46,368 nucleotides of DNA from an uncultured Gemmatimonadota bacterium. GTDB lineage: Bacteria > Gemmatimonadota > Gemmatimonadetes > Palauibacterales > Palauibacteraceae. The position numbers were made by a program, and so were the translations under genes. The stretch lies in contig CAYVFM010000002.1 of assembly GCA_964450995.1 (NCBI GenBank), positions 1-46,368 of the forward strand, in the 5' to 3' direction. Under the pieces are notes generated by a model. It saw nothing but the letters and a program-made list of their open reading frames with translations. It had not been told where the DNA came from and searched no databases. Position 1 is the first letter of the stretch. Every line of letters starts with the position of its first letter. This document shows, piece after piece, positions 1 through 10,353 of this stretch.

Positions 1-232
1 CGCCCAGGTCGGAGGTGGAGTGGATGCCCCAGTGCTCCAGCACCGTGCGGGCCAGGGGGCCGTAGCGCTCCAGGGCCAGCCGGCGGACGGCGTCCGCCAG
101 CTCGGCGCCCGAGACGTGGCGCGGGCGGTCCAGCCCGTCCATGCAGCGCTTCAGCGCGCTGAGGAGGAAGACGTAGGCCGACTCCGTGTAGCGGGGGTTC
201 CGGCGACGGAGCTGGGCGAGCAGTTCTCGCAT
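1..232 (-). CDS. Conserved hypothetical protein, Minf_1886/TIGR04138-like; N-terminal 77 codons only (3' end runs off the window start)
   Basis: Absent from the ORF track because there is no stop inside the window. Manual minus-strand translation from ATG (232-230) gives MRELLAQLRRRNPRYTESAYVFLLSALKRCMDGLDRPRHVSGAELADAVRRLALERYGPLARTVLEHWGIHSTSDLG. Third codon positions are almost all G/C, as in the other real genes. The family assignment is from memory of the ERYGPLA..VL..WGI motif and was not searched. Confidence 0.6.
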   Translation of the reverse strand, partial: MRELLAQLRRRNPRYTESAYVFLLSALKRCMDGLDRPRHVSGAELADAVRRLALERYGPLARTVLEHWGIHSTSDLG

Positions 233-348
233 CGTCTCGGTTCCGTGATCGGGTCGCCTGTCGAACCACCGCGGGGCCCGGAAGCCGTTCGCCCGCCGCG
301 GGTTGCGGCCGGCGTCGTCGGCCCGGGCCCCGGGGGTCGGCCGACGGC

Positions 349-378
349 AACATAGACGGCCCGAAATCGGGGCGTCAA
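349..378 (-). promoter_or_regulatory. Putative promoter for the TIGR04138-like gene (TTGACG-N18-TATGTT), -35 overlapping the yigZ stop codon
   Basis: On the minus strand, TTGACG is at 378-373 (it contains the yigZ TGA), followed by an 18-nt spacer and TATGTT at 354-349. This uses the same -10 hexamer as the rex promoter and would give a ~110-nt GC-rich leader. Confidence 0.35.
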
Positions 379-1049
379 CCCCGGACGGGCACCAGGACGG
401 GAGCCTCCCGCACCTCCACTTCGGCCCGGCCGCCCGTGGCGTCCCGGAGGCCGCGACGGAGCGCCTCCAGCCCCTCCGCGGGCACCCCCAGCTCGAGGGT
501 CACGGCCTCGCCCCAGTCGGCGTCCAGGCGCACCGCCCCGCTCCTCTCCAGGACCGCGGCCACCGCCCCGCTGTCGTCGTAGCCGTGGACCACCCGGATC
601 CGGCGGCCCCGCACGGCCCGGCGGACGGGCGTGCCGTCGGCCGCCTCCCGGGCCGCGTCGCCGTAGGCCCGGGCCAGCCCCCCGGTCCCGAGCTTCGTCC
701 CGCCGAACCAGCGGACCACCACCACGGCGGTCCGCCGGAGCCCGGCGGACTCCAGGGCCCCGAGGCAGGGCCGGCCGGCGGTGCCGGCCGGCTCGCCGTC
801 GTCGTCGAAGCGGACCCGGTCCTCGTCGAGGCCGCGCCAGGCGAAGACGTGGTGCGTGGCGTCGTGGTGCTCGCGGCGGAGGCGCTCGCGGGCCTCGAGC
901 GCGCGGTCGATGTCGGCGGCCGGGAGGCAGAGGGCCAGGAAGCGGGAGCCCTCCCGGCGCAGCTCGCCGTGGCCGCGGCCGGTGGGGACCCGGACGGTCG
1001 GGATGTCCCCGTCGCCGGGGCCGGCGGCGTCCGGTCCGGCGTCGGTCAG
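375..1049 (-). CDS. yigZ: YigZ / IMPACT (UPF0029) family protein; start codon uncertain and non-canonical
   Basis: Track ORF 375..725 (VVVRWFGGTKLGTGGLARAYG...) is only the C-terminal half. The same frame upstream reads DIPTVRVPTGRGHGELRREGSRFLALCLPAADIDRALEARERLRREHHDATHHVFAWRGLDEDRVRFDDDGEPAGTAGRPCLGALESAGL, which matches the YigZ N-domain (DDGEPxGTAG). There is no in-frame ATG/GTG/TTG between the TGA at 1112-1110 and 725. CTG 1049-1047 is used here as a provisional start; ATC 1004-1002 is an alternative. Confidence 0.7.
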   Translation of the reverse strand: MTDAGPDAAGPGDGDIPTVRVPTGRGHGELRREGSRFLALCLPAADIDRALEARERLRREHHDATHHVFAWRGLDEDRVRFDDDGEPAGTAGRPCLGALESAGLRRTAVVVVRWFGGTKLGTGGLARAYGDAAREAADGTPVRRAVRGRRIRVVHGYDDSGAVAAVLERSGAVRLDADWGEAVTLELGVPAEGLEALRRGLRDATGGRAEVEVREAPVLVPVRG

Positions 1050-1059
1050 GCCGCCCCCG

Positions 1060-2379
1060 TCAGCCCTCGTCCGGGCACGGGAGGCGCCGGTAGAGCGGGA
1101 AGGCCCCGGTCATCTCCCGCACGTCGGTCTTCACCTCGCCGATCACGCCCTCGTCCCCGCCCGACCGGAGGACCCGGTCGATCCAGGCGGCGATCCGCAC
1201 CATCTCGTCGGGCCCCATCCCGCGGGTGGTGACGGCGGGGGTTCCGATCCGGACCCCCGAGGTCACGAAGGGCGAGCGGGTCTCGCCGGGCACCGTGTTC
1301 TTGTTGAGCGTGATGTCGGCGTCCTCCAGCCATTCCTCCGCCTGCTGGCCGGTGAGGTCGGGATCGGTCTCCCGGAGGTCCACCAGCAGCAGGTGGGTGT
1401 CGGTGCCGCCGGTGACCGGGTGCCAGCCCCGCTCCGAGAGCGCCTCGCCCAGGGCCCGGGCGTTCTCCACGACGCGCCGGGCGTAGGCGGCGAAGCCCTC
1501 CGTGCCGGCCTCCCGCAGGCAGACGGCCTTGGAGGCGATGACGTGCATCATCGGGCCGCCCTGGGTGCGCGGGAAGACGGCCTTGTCCACGGCCCCGGCC
1601 AGCTCCTCGGTGCAGAGGATCAGCCCGCCGCGGGGCCCCCTGAGGGTCTTGTGGGTGGTGGTGGTCACCACGTCGGCCCAGGGCACCGGCGACGGGTGGA
1701 CGCCGGCGGCCACCAGGCCGGCGAAGTGCGCCATGTCCACCACGAGCCGGGCGCCCACGTCGTCGGCGACCTCGGCGAAGACGTCGAAGGGCAGCTCCCT
1801 CGGGTAGGCGCTCCAGCCGGCCACGATCACCTCGGGCTCGGCCTCCCGAGCCCGGTCGGCGAGCCGGTCCACGTCCAGCCGCCCGTCCTCCTCCCGGACG
1901 CCGTAGTCGACGACGTCGTAGAGCTGGCCGCTGAAGTTGACGCCGGCCCCGTGGGTGAGGTGGCCGCCGTGGGAGAGGTTCATCCCCAGCAGCGTGTCGC
2001 CGGGCTCCATCAGGGCGGCGTAGGCGGCCATGTTGGCCTGCGCCCCGCTGTGGGGCTGCACGTTGGCGTGGTCGGCGCCGAACAGCTCGCAGGCCCGCTC
2101 CCGCGCCAGCTCCTCGGCCACGTCCACGTGCTCGCAGCCGCCGTAGTAGCGCTTGCCGGGCAGGCCCTCGGCGTACTTGTTGGTCAGCGGCGTGCCCATG
2201 GCCTCCAGGCAGGCCGCCGAGCAGAAGTTCTCGCTGGCGATCAGCTCGAGGCCGGTCCGCTGGCGATCCACCTCGCCCAGGACCGCCTCGTGGACCTCGG
2301 GGTCGACCTCGGAGAGGGGCCGGTCCTGCCAGCCGGGCCCCACCAGGGGGGACCGGTCGTCGCCGTCGCCGGGGGTCAC
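1060..2379 (-). CDS. glyA: Serine hydroxymethyltransferase
   Basis: 439 aa. Contains LIASENF..., [21 protein letters not shown] and the [17 protein letters not shown]-lysine motif. The GTG start overlaps the leucine DH stop (GTGA). Confidence 0.97.
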   Translation of the reverse strand: MTPGDGDDRSPLVGPGWQDRPLSEVDPEVHEAVLGEVDRQRTGLELIASENFCSAACLEAMGTPLTNKYAEGLPGKRYYGGCEHVDVAEELARERACELFGADHANVQPHSGAQANMAAYAALMEPGDTLLGMNLSHGGHLTHGAGVNFSGQLYDVVDYGVREEDGRLDVDRLADRAREAEPEVIVAGWSAYPRELPFDVFAEVADDVGARLVVDMAHFAGLVAAGVHPSPVPWADVVTTTTHKTLRGPRGGLILCTEELAGAVDKAVFPRTQGGPMMHVIASKAVCLREAGTEGFAAYARRVVENARALGEALSERGWHPVTGGTDTHLLLVDLRETDPDLTGQQAEEWLEDADITLNKNTVPGETRSPFVTSGVRIGTPAVTTRGMGPDEMVRIAAWIDRVLRSGGDEGVIGEVKTDVREMTGAFPLYRRLPCPDEG

Positions 2380-3491
2380 ACCATCGAGCGGTGGAGGCTC
2401 GCCACCCGCCGGACCCGGCGCTCGGCCACCCGGTCGGCGGCCTCGGCGCTGGTCATCCCTTCCTCGGAATCCGCCATCTCGAACACCTCCAGCAGGGTGT
2501 GATAGATCTCCCCGGCCTTCCGCTTCGAGCGCTCCAGGCTCCAGTCCGCCAGCTCCGAGTAGACGTTGATGAGCCCGCCGGCGTTGATGACGTAGTCGGG
2601 GGCGTAGAGGATGCCCCGCTCCTCGAGCTTGTGGTCGTGGGTGTCGTCGCCGAGCTGGTTGTTGGCGGCCCCGGCGACGATGTCCACCTTCAGCCGGGGG
2701 ATGGTGTCGTCGTTGACGATGGCGCCCAGCGCGCAGGGGGCGAAGACGTCGGCGTCGACGTCGTAGATCTCCTCGGTTCCCACCGGCTCGGCGTCGAACT
2801 CGTCCACCACCCGCTGGACCTTCTCCTCGTCGATGTCGGTCACCACCAGGTTCGCGCCCTCGCGGTGGAGGTGCTCGCAGAGGTAGTAGCCGACGTGGCC
2901 GGTGCCCTGGACCGAGACGGTCCGGCCCGTGAGGTCGTCGTCGCCGTACTCGCGCATCGCGCAGGCCTTGATGCCCCGGTAGACGCCGTAGGCGGTGACC
3001 GGGGACGGGTCACCCGAGCGGCCGGCGATGCCCACCACGCTGTCGGTCTCCATGTGGACGAAGTCCATGTCCTCCACGGAGGTGCCGACGTCCTCGGCGG
3101 TGATGTAGCGCCCGCCCAGGCTCTCCACCGCGCGGCCGTGGGCCCGCATGATCATCTCGCGGTCGGTGCGGTCGTTGTCCCCGATGATGACCGACTTCCC
3201 GCCGCCCAGGTTCAGCCCGGCGACGGCGGCCTTGTAGGTCATCCCGCGGGCCAGCCGCAGGACGTCCACCAGGGCGTCGTAGTCGGAATCGTAGCTCCAG
3301 AACCGTGTCCCGCCGAGGGCCGGCCCGAGGGTGGTGTCGTGGATGGCGATGATGCCCCGGTAGCCCTCCGACGGCTCCTGGGTGAAGACGACCTGCTCGT
3401 GGCCGTGCTCCTCCAGGAGGTCGAAGAGGCCGTCCGAGCCGTCGCGGTCCTGCATGGCGGTCTCGGGGACTTCGATGCCGGGATGTCTCAC
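2376..3491 (-). CDS. ldh: Leucine dehydrogenase (Glu/Leu/Phe/Val dehydrogenase family)
   Basis: 371 aa. [22 protein letters not shown]...[26 protein letters not shown] and [11 protein letters not shown] closely resemble Bacillus leucine DH. GTG start with GGAAGGA 5 nt upstream. Confidence 0.9.
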   Translation of the reverse strand: MRHPGIEVPETAMQDRDGSDGLFDLLEEHGHEQVVFTQEPSEGYRGIIAIHDTTLGPALGGTRFWSYDSDYDALVDVLRLARGMTYKAAVAGLNLGGGKSVIIGDNDRTDREMIMRAHGRAVESLGGRYITAEDVGTSVEDMDFVHMETDSVVGIAGRSGDPSPVTAYGVYRGIKACAMREYGDDDLTGRTVSVQGTGHVGYYLCEHLHREGANLVVTDIDEEKVQRVVDEFDAEPVGTEEIYDVDADVFAPCALGAIVNDDTIPRLKVDIVAGAANNQLGDDTHDHKLEERGILYAPDYVINAGGLINVYSELADWSLERSKRKAGEIYHTLLEVFEMADSEEGMTSAEAADRVAERRVRRVASLHRSMV

Positions 3492-3560
3492 GGGTCCTTC
3501 CCTGTGTCGGATGATCGCGTGCTCGGTCGCGTCTCGGTGCTCACGGGCGGGTCGGGCGCG

Positions 3561-3578
3561 GACGAGGCCGGGCTCGTC
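3561..3578 (-). terminator. Short hairpin starting in the acd stop codon (GACGAG-cccggc-CTCGTC)
   Basis: A 6-bp stem with a 6-nt loop in the 85-nt acd-ldh gap. There is no U tract. It may be an intra-operon structure rather than a terminator. Confidence 0.2.
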
Positions 3579-4746
3579 AACGGTACAGCTCCCGGGCGAT
3601 GACGACCCGGTGGATCTCGTTCGCGCCTTCGTAGATCTCGGTGACCTTGGCGTCCCGGAAGAGCCGTTCCACGGGGTACTCGCGGGCGTAGCCGTAGCCG
3701 CCGAAGACCTGGACTGCGTCGCGCGTCACGCTCACGGCGGCCTCGCTGGCTTCCACCTTGGCGGCGCTCGAGAGGCGCAGGCTGTTGGTATCGTCCTGCA
3801 TGTAGACCCGCGCCGCGCGGTGAAGCAAGGCCCGGGCGCGCTCCACCCGCCGGGACATGTCGGCCAGCTTGAAAGCCAGCCCCTGGAACTCGCGGACGGG
3901 CCTGCCGAACTGCTCCCGCTCGTCGGCATAGGCCACGGCGTGCTCCAGCGCCGCCCGGGCGATCCCCACGGCCTGGGCGGCGATCCCCAGCCTGCCGCCC
4001 TCCAGGGCCACCAGCCCGTACCGGTACCCCTCCGCCGGGTCCCCCACCAGGAGTTCGTCGCCGAGCCGCAGGTCGTCCATCTGGACCGCCACCGTCTCCG
4101 AGCCACGGAGCCCCATCTTCCGCTCCTTCCTGGCGGGCCGCCACCCCTCGCGATCGGTGGGGACGAGGAAGGCGCCGATGCCGTCCTTCCCCCGCCGGTC
4201 GCCGGGCTCGTCGGTGCGGGCGAAGGTGAGGACCAGGTCCGCCGAGGCGCCGTTGGTGACCCACATCTTCTCGCCGTTCAGCACCCAGCCCCCGTCGACC
4301 CGCTCGGCCTGCGACTTCAGGCTGGCGGCGTCGCTGCCCGAGCCGGCCTCCGACAGGGAGAAGGCCCCCAGCACCTCGCCCCGGGCCATGGGCCCGAGCC
4401 AGCGCTCCTTCTGCTCCTCGTCTCCGTGGTCCAGGAGGATCTGCGCGGGCAGGGAGTTGTGGACGGAGACGGAGACCGCCACCGAGGGGTCGCCCCAGGC
4501 GATCTCCTCCAGGGCCATCAGGTAGGTCAGCTCGTCCAGGCCCAGCCCGCCCCACGCCTCCGGGATCAGCATCCCCAGGAAGCCCAGCTCGCCCAGGCGG
4601 TCCACGATCTCGCGATCGAACTCCGACTCGTGCCGGTCGCGCTCCTCCGCTCCGGGGCGGATCTCCTCCTCGGCGAACTGGTGCGCCAGCTCGCAGACCT
4701 GCCGCCCCTCGTCGGAGACGCCGCTTCCCTGGTGAGCCTCGAGCAT
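3577..4746 (-). CDS. Acyl-CoA dehydrogenase
   Basis: The true gene is the C-terminal 389 aa of track ORF 3577..5352, starting MLEAHQGSGVSDEGRQVCELAHQFAEEEIRP. Typical ACAD features are present: GAFSLSEAGSGSDA, MWVTNG, and QVFGGYGY..EYPVERLFRDAKVTEIYEGANEI. The upstream 200 aa of the track ORF is Pro/Arg/Gly junk overlapping hbd. Confidence 0.93.
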   Translation of the reverse strand: MLEAHQGSGVSDEGRQVCELAHQFAEEEIRPGAEERDRHESEFDREIVDRLGELGFLGMLIPEAWGGLGLDELTYLMALEEIAWGDPSVAVSVSVHNSLPAQILLDHGDEEQKERWLGPMARGEVLGAFSLSEAGSGSDAASLKSQAERVDGGWVLNGEKMWVTNGASADLVLTFARTDEPGDRRGKDGIGAFLVPTDREGWRPARKERKMGLRGSETVAVQMDDLRLGDELLVGDPAEGYRYGLVALEGGRLGIAAQAVGIARAALEHAVAYADEREQFGRPVREFQGLAFKLADMSRRVERARALLHRAARVYMQDDTNSLRLSSAAKVEASEAAVSVTRDAVQVFGGYGYAREYPVERLFRDAKVTEIYEGANEIHRVVIARELYR

Positions 4747-4817
4747 GCGGGTCACCGGTCGGTGGGGGGCATCGGGACCGCCCGCGGGGCGTACCGGCTC
4801 GGATCGGTCCTCACCGC

Positions 4818-5693
4818 TCAGTCCTCGTAGTCGTAGAATCCGCGGCCGGTCTTGCGACCCAGCCGCCCGGCGGCCACGTGCTTCCTCAGCAGCGGGCAGG
4901 GCCGGTACTTGTCGTCGCCCAGGTCCCGGTGCAGGACCTCGAGGATGTGGAGGCAGGTGTCCAGCCCGATCAGGTCGGCCAGGCGGAGAGGGCCCATCGG
5001 GTGGTTCATCCCCAGCTCCATGACCGTGTCGATGGCCTCCCGGTCGGCGACGCCCTCCATGAGGGCGAAGACCGCCTCGTTGATCATCGGCATCAGCACG
5101 CGGTTGGAGACGAACCCCGGGTAGTCGTTCACCTCCACCGGCGTCTTCCCCAGCTCCCGGGCCAGCTCCATCGTCCGCCGGGTGGTGCGATCGTCGGTCT
5201 CCAGCCCCCGGATCACCTCCACCAGCTCCATCACGGGCACCGGGTTCATGAAATGCATCCCGATGACCCGCTCCGGCCGGTCGACGTGGGCGGCGATCTC
5301 GGTGATGGAGATGGAGCTGGTGTTGGTGGCCAGGATCGTCCCGGGGCGGCACCTCCGCGACAGCTCCTCGAAGACGTCCTCCTTGAGCTCCGCCCGCTCG
5401 GGCACGGCCTCGACCACGACGTCGGCGTCGGCCACGGCCGCCGTGTCGGTGGCGGTGGCGAGGCGCTCCAGGGCCGCCTCCGCGTCGGCCTCCCCGACGC
5501 CTCCCTTCTTCACCTGGCGCTCCAGGTTCCGCCGGATCGTGGACCGGGCGGCCTCCAGGGCGTCCGGGTCCACGTCCACCAGGGCGGTCTCGAGCCCGGC
5601 GAGGGCGAGGACGTGGGCGATGCCGTTGCCCATCGTGCCCGCGCCCACGACGCCGGCCCGCTCGAACGGCGGCGCCTCGCTCCCCTCGCTCAA
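4818..5693 (-). CDS. hbd: 3-hydroxyacyl-CoA / 3-hydroxybutyryl-CoA dehydrogenase
   Basis: The C-terminal 291 aa of track ORF 4818..6524. Contains [16 protein letters not shown] (Rossmann), [28 protein letters not shown] and [19 protein letters not shown] start at 5693 is preceded by GGAGAGGAG and overlaps the CPBP stop (TTGA). Confidence 0.92.
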   Translation of the reverse strand: MSEGSEAPPFERAGVVGAGTMGNGIAHVLALAGLETALVDVDPDALEAARSTIRRNLERQVKKGGVGEADAEAALERLATATDTAAVADADVVVEAVPERAELKEDVFEELSRRCRPGTILATNTSSISITEIAAHVDRPERVIGMHFMNPVPVMELVEVIRGLETDDRTTRRTMELARELGKTPVEVNDYPGFVSNRVLMPMINEAVFALMEGVADREAIDTVMELGMNHPMGPLRLADLIGLDTCLHILEVLHRDLGDDKYRPCPLLRKHVAAGRLGRKTGRGFYDYED

Positions 5694-6712
5694 CCTTCGC
5701 TCCTCTCCCCGGTCTCGCTCCCGTCCGGCTCGTCCGCCCCGGCTCCGTCCCGCGGGGCGCCCGCCCCGCGGTCGGCCAGCGGGTCGAGGGCCCGCACCCG
5801 GAGGCTGCGCTCCAGGCGGTCGGTGGTGGCCAGCCAGGCGACGGCGACCAGCGACGCCGCCGTCACGGCCAGCCCTCCCTCCGGGCCGAAGGCGCCCCCG
5901 GTCCAGAGCCTTGCCCCCTCGACCGTCGCCTCCCAGCCGGGGGTGTCGAAGAGCCCCAGCCCCGAGGTCTCCGCCTCCAGCCCGCTCACCGGCAGATCGG
6001 CGGCGAAGCCCATCACCCAGTTCCAGCCCAGGTGCACGCCGGTGGCGAACCAGAGGCTGTAGGTGCGCCAGTAGGCCAGGCCGAGCACCACGCCCGCCAG
6101 GGCCAGGTTCAGGAGGGGCAAGACCTCGGCCAGCGTCACCCCGTCGGCCAGCGCCTCGCCCAGCCCCGGGTTGGCGCCGTGGACGGCCGCGAACAGGAGC
6201 GACGTCAGGGCCACCGCCCAGGCCCCGCCGAGCTTCTCGGCCGCCACCTGGAAGGGGTAGCCGCGGAAGAGAAGCTCCTCGGCCCACGCCGCCGCGAAGA
6301 GGAACAGGGTGAACGCTCCGAGCGTTCCGGCCAGCGCCGCGGGCCGGATCCCGCCCGGCTCCAGGTGCCAGCTCACCGACCCGGTCGCGGCCAGCGCCAC
6401 CACGGCCAGGCCGATGAGGACGCCGCCCACCAGGAAGCCCTGTCCCAGCTCGCCCGGCGCCACCCGATCCAGGGGGAGGCCGAGGGCGGCGACGGGGAAG
6501 CCCTCCACTTTCTCGGCGAACCACCAGCTCGCCGCCAGCGAGGCGACCAGAAGGGCCACGGACGAGAACACCACGACCGCGCCCCCGCGGGGCACGCCGA
6601 CGACGGCGGAGAGGGCGCCCAGGACGACCAGGAGGGCCAGGACGGTCAGGTAGAACAGCGCGATCCGCCAGGCCGCCCGGAGCCGGCCCGAGGAGGTGGA
6701 GAAGACGCTCAC
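5690..6712 (-). CDS. CPBP (CAAX/Abi) family intramembrane glutamic endopeptidase
   Basis: 340 aa and multi-TM. Shows the [12 protein letters not shown] (EExxxR) and FAAVHGANP (FxxxH) motifs. GTG start. Confidence 0.85.
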   Translation of the reverse strand: MSVFSTSSGRLRAAWRIALFYLTVLALLVVLGALSAVVGVPRGGAVVVFSSVALLVASLAASWWFAEKVEGFPVAALGLPLDRVAPGELGQGFLVGGVLIGLAVVALAATGSVSWHLEPGGIRPAALAGTLGAFTLFLFAAAWAEELLFRGYPFQVAAEKLGGAWAVALTSLLFAAVHGANPGLGEALADGVTLAEVLPLLNLALAGVVLGLAYWRTYSLWFATGVHLGWNWVMGFAADLPVSGLEAETSGLGLFDTPGWEATVEGARLWTGGAFGPEGGLAVTAASLVAVAWLATTDRLERSLRVRALDPLADRGAGAPRDGAGADEPDGSETGERSEG

Positions 6713-6758
6713 CGGCCCCGGGCGCCCCGGGGGGCGGCGGACGCGGGCGGGGCCCCGG

Positions 6759-7361
6759 TCAGCCGAAGAATGCCCGGGCCTTCCCCCCGATCCGCCGGCC
6801 CAGGAGCAGGACCAGGAGGACCTTGATGCCGTCCACCCCCAGGAAGGGGAGGACGCCGGCCGTCACCGCGGCCTCGTGGCCCGCCACCGCGGCCAGCCAC
6901 CCGACCCCGCCGGCGTGGATGACGGCGACCCCGCCCGCCAGGCCGGCCGCCTGCCGGACCCAGCCCGACTCGCGGGTGCAGGCCAGCCCCACCAGGGCGG
7001 CGGCCGCGGGATAGGCCAGCAGGTAGCCGCCGGTGGGGCCCAGCAGGTAGGCCAGGCCCCCGCCGGCCGCGAAGACCGGCAGGCCCGCGGCGCCGGCGGC
7101 CAGGTAGGCCGCCTGGCTGGCGGCGCCCAGCCGCGGCCCGAGCATCCACCCGGCCAGCAGGACGGCCACCACCTGGAAGGTGAAGGGGACCGGCGTGCCG
7201 GGCAGGGGGACCGCGATCCGCGCCCCCAGGGCCGTGAGCAGGGCGAACGCGCCCACGCCCACCGCCTTTCGGGCGGCCGGGCTCAGCGCCTCGGCCGGCG
7301 CGGCCAGGCGCGAGCGGAGAGGGGAGGCTGCGGCGGTGTCGTCGGCGGTGTCTCGCATCAT
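6759..7361 (-). CDS. bioY: Biotin transporter BioY
   Basis: 200 aa and hydrophobic. [32 protein letters not shown]...[11 protein letters not shown] is typical of BioY. The ATG overlaps the thiolase stop (ATGA). Confidence 0.88.
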   Translation of the reverse strand: MMRDTADDTAAASPLRSRLAAPAEALSPAARKAVGVGAFALLTALGARIAVPLPGTPVPFTFQVVAVLLAGWMLGPRLGAASQAAYLAAGAAGLPVFAAGGGLAYLLGPTGGYLLAYPAAAALVGLACTRESGWVRQAAGLAGGVAVIHAGGVGWLAAVAGHEAAVTAGVLPFLGVDGIKVLLVLLLGRRIGGKARAFFG

Positions 7362-8569
7362 CGTCGCTCCACGCTGAGTGCCACGGCGTTGCCGCCCCCC
7401 AGGCAGAGGGTGGCGAGTCCCTTCTCCACGTCCCGGTCCCGCATGGCGTACAGCAGGGTCACCAGGATGCGGGCCCCGGAGGCACCGATGGGATGGCCCA
7501 GGGCGACGGCCCCGCCCCGGACGTTCAGCCGGCCGGTGTCGATGCCCAGCTCCTGGACGTCCGCCAGGACCTGCACGGCGAAGGCCTCGTTCATCTCCAC
7601 GAGGCCGTAGTCGTCCACCGTCGTCCCCTCCTTCTCCATCAGCCTGCGCACCGCGTCCACGGGCGCGTAAAAGAGGTCCTCCGGCGGCGTCGCGCCGACC
7701 GAATATTCCGAGATCGTCGCCAGGATGTCCAGACCGTGCGCCTCGGCGTACGCCTCCGAGGTCACCACCAGCGCGGCCGCCCCGTCGTTGAGGCCCGGGG
7801 CGTTGCCCGCCGTGACGGTGAGCTCCTCGACGTCGTCCGGCGCGTCGGCCCCGAAGGCCGGCCGCAGGCTCGCGAGCCGCTCCATCGAGGTGTCCCGCCG
7901 GGGCGTCTCGTCCACCTCCACGGTGGTCGAGCCCTTCCGGCCCGGTACCTCCACGGGGACCAGCTCGTCGTCGAAGAGCCCCTCGTCGATGGCCCGGACC
8001 GCCCTTCGATGGCTCTCCAGGGCGAACCGGTCCTGGGCCTCACGGCCGATGCCGGCCTTCTTCGCCGTGTACTCCGCGTGGCCGCCCATGTGGCACTCCC
8101 CGAAGGAGCACCAGAGGCCGTCGTGGATGACCCCGTCCACCAGCTCCCGGTCGCCGAATTTCACGCCCTCCCGGTGCCCCCGGAGCAGGTAGGGGGCGTT
8201 GGACATCGACTCCATCCCACCGGCGACGGCGGCGCGGTAGTCGCCGGCCCGGATCGCCTGGGCGGCCAGCATCACCGACTTCAGGCCCGAGCCGCACACC
8301 TTGTTCACGGTCACCGCCGGTACGGTGGCGGGGACGCCGCCCCGGATCGCGGCCTGGCGGGCGGGGGCCTGGCCCACACCCGCCTGCACCACGTTGCCGA
8401 TGATCGCGTCCTGGAGGTCGTCCGGGTCGATGCCCGAGCGGTCCAGGGCGCCCTCCACGGCCCTCGCGCCCAGCTCGGTCGCCTCCAGGGGGGAGAGGGC
8501 GCCCAGGAAGCGGCCGGTGGGCAGACGCGCGGCGCCGACGATGACGGGGGTCCGGTCCTTGTCGCTCAT
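7358..8569 (-). CDS. Acetyl-CoA C-acetyltransferase (thiolase II)
   Basis: The C-terminal 403 aa of track ORF 7358..10132, starting [21 protein letters not shown]. Contains [12 protein letters not shown] (active-site Cys), [24 protein letters not shown] and [14 protein letters not shown] lies 7 nt upstream of the ATG, which overlaps the MBL stop (ATGA). Confidence 0.95.
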   Translation of the reverse strand: MSDKDRTPVIVGAARLPTGRFLGALSPLEATELGARAVEGALDRSGIDPDDLQDAIIGNVVQAGVGQAPARQAAIRGGVPATVPAVTVNKVCGSGLKSVMLAAQAIRAGDYRAAVAGGMESMSNAPYLLRGHREGVKFGDRELVDGVIHDGLWCSFGECHMGGHAEYTAKKAGIGREAQDRFALESHRRAVRAIDEGLFDDELVPVEVPGRKGSTTVEVDETPRRDTSMERLASLRPAFGADAPDDVEELTVTAGNAPGLNDGAAALVVTSEAYAEAHGLDILATISEYSVGATPPEDLFYAPVDAVRRLMEKEGTTVDDYGLVEMNEAFAVQVLADVQELGIDTGRLNVRGGAVALGHPIGASGARILVTLLYAMRDRDVEKGLATLCLGGGNAVALSVERR

Positions 8570-9492
8570 CTCGTGTCTCCGGTGGTCTCGGTGATGTCGT
8601 CCGTGTCGGGCTCGGGCGGGCCCTCCTCCTCCCGGGGGCTGGCCAGCTCGCAGCCCTCGCCCTCGCTCGGCCGGGCCCAGCCGTACGCCACCTCCGGGTC
8701 GTGCTCGAAGATCAGCACCCATTCCTCCCGGCCGGCCCGGCCCAGCAGCTCGCGCTTCGTCTCCAGAGTGACCAGGGGCTCGAGGTCGTAGCCCATGATC
8801 CATGGCAGCGGGACGTGCGCCCGCGTGGGCACGAGGTCCGCCAGGTAGAGGAGCGTGTCCGGGCCGGCGTCGATCCGCACCGACTGGTGGTGGGGGGTGT
8901 GCCCCGGGGTGTGGACCGTCCGGACGCCCGGCGCCACCTCGCGGTCGCCCTCCACCAGATCCAGGACGCCGGCCTCCTCCAGCGGGTCCAGGTCCCGGCG
9001 GCGGTAGCTGGCGCGGATCCGCTCGTTCTCCCGGTGGGCCAGCTCCCACTCGTCCCGCCGGACGACGTGCCGGGCGTTCGGGAAGGCGGGACGGACCTCG
9101 CCGTCCTCGTCCCGGACGGTGCAGCCGCCGACGTGGTCGAAGTGGAGGTGGGTGCAGACCACCGTGTCCACGTCCTCCGGCTCCACGCCCCACGCGCGAA
9201 GGCCGTCCTCCAGCCGGGTGGGGTCGCCCTCGTTCTCGACCCCGTAGATGGAGCGGAACTTCTCGTCGTCCGCCTCCTTGTTGCCCAGGCCGGCGTCCAC
9301 GAGGATCGTCCTCGACCCCTTCCGGACCAGCAGGCAGCGCATCGCCAGCGGGATCCGGTTGCGGTCGTCCGGCTCGATCCGCCGCTCCCAGAGCGGCTTC
9401 GGCACCACGCCGAACATGGCGCCGCCGTCCAGGCGGATCCGGCCCGCCTCGACGGTGGCCACCATCAGGTCCCCCTTCTCGTACACCAGCAT
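8566..9492 (-). CDS. MBL-fold metallo-hydrolase
   Basis: 308 aa with the HxHxDH motif ([11 protein letters not shown]) and a later [12 protein letters not shown] with GGAGG 7 nt upstream. Confidence 0.85.
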   Translation of the reverse strand: MLVYEKGDLMVATVEAGRIRLDGGAMFGVVPKPLWERRIEPDDRNRIPLAMRCLLVRKGSRTILVDAGLGNKEADDEKFRSIYGVENEGDPTRLEDGLRAWGVEPEDVDTVVCTHLHFDHVGGCTVRDEDGEVRPAFPNARHVVRRDEWELAHRENERIRASYRRRDLDPLEEAGVLDLVEGDREVAPGVRTVHTPGHTPHHQSVRIDAGPDTLLYLADLVPTRAHVPLPWIMGYDLEPLVTLETKRELLGRAGREEWVLIFEHDPEVAYGWARPSEGEGCELASPREEEGPPEPDTDDITETTGDTR

Positions 9493-9504
9493 CGCTTCGC
9501 CTCC

Positions 9505-10353
9505 TCAGTCCCGGTCGGCGGGCGCGGCCCCGCCCGAGAGCCAGCGATCCATCTGCTCCCATCGGCGCACGCCCCTGCGGTCGGCCTCCTCCAGGAGGTG
9601 CAGCAGCACGCGCGCCGTGGCCGCGGCGTCCCCCTCGGCCCGGTGGCGGTCCTCGATCTCGACCCCGAAGTGGCGGGTCACCGCGTCCAGCCCCTTCCGC
9701 GGCAGGTCCGGCAGCGCGCGGCGGGCGAGCCGCAGGGTGCAGAGCCGCGGGCCCTCGGGGAGGACGGAGGCGGCCCGGCGCATCTCCGCCGAGACGAACT
9801 GCCAGTCGAAGGGCACGTTGTGGGCCACGAACACGCGGCCCTCCAGCCGGGCCCGCACCTCGCCGGCCACCTCCTCGAAGGACGGGGCGTCCTCCACCAT
9901 CTCCGGGGTGATGCCGGTCATGCGCTGGATCCAATCGGGAATCGGCCGCCGGGGGTTCACCAGGGTGCTGAAGGACTCGCCCACCCGGCCGCCGGTGACC
10001 TCCACGGCGGCGATCTCGGTGACGCGGTCGCCCTCGGAGGGCGAGGAGCCGGTGGTCTCGACGTCCACCACCACGAAATCCAGCTCGTCCAGCCGGTCGT
10101 CCCCCTCCCGCGCCCCGCCCCGAAGCCGCCACAGGCCGTCCCCGTCGGCCTCGAGCCGCGGGTGACCCTCGAGCAGCTCCCGGACCAGCCGCTCGGCCAT
10201 CTCGTCCGGGGCGCTCCGCACACCCAGGACGCGGCGGGCCAGCTCCCCGCTGCTCCGGGGCGAGGTGCGGACCAGCTCCACCGCCCGGGCCGTCAGGCCG
10301 GAGGCGTCGGTGAAGCGGAGCCCCTCGTCACCGCCGCCCGTCTCCCGGCTCAC
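9505..10353 (-). CDS. DnaQ-like 3'-5' exonuclease (DEDDh) with ~90-aa N-terminal extension
   Basis: The C-terminal 282 aa of track ORF 9505..11604. Contains [10 protein letters not shown] (Exo I), [12 protein letters not shown] (Exo II) and [10 protein letters not shown] (Exo III). The GTG start at 10353 overlaps the stop of the upstream gene (GTGA). Confidence 0.85.
   Translation of the reverse strand: MSRETGGGDEGLRFTDASGLTARAVELVRTSPRSSGELARRVLGVRSAPDEMAERLVRELLEGHPRLEADGDGLWRLRGGAREGDDRLDELDFVVVDVETTGSSPSEGDRVTEIAAVEVTGGRVGESFSTLVNPRRPIPDWIQRMTGITPEMVEDAPSFEEVAGEVRARLEGRVFVAHNVPFDWQFVSAEMRRAASVLPEGPRLCTLRLARRALPDLPRKGLDAVTRHFGVEIEDRHRAEGDAAATARVLLHLLEEADRRGVRRWEQMDRWLSGGAAPADRD

Noticed and set aside
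1047-1065. Possible programmed +1 frameshift at GGC-TGA-C fusing GlyA to YigZ
   Set aside because: The frames are compatible with a +1 shift and a GAGG lies just upstream. However, there is no slippery codon allowing tRNA re-pairing and no precedent I know of. Reinitiation at a non-canonical codon or a sequence error is more parsimonious.
6716-6732. GC hairpin CCCCGGG-cgc-CCCGGGG between bioY and the CPBP gene as a terminator
   Set aside because: It lies inside a 46-nt intra-array gap, has no U tract, and such G/C palindromes are frequent by chance at this base composition. It is noted only as a possible RNA-stability element.
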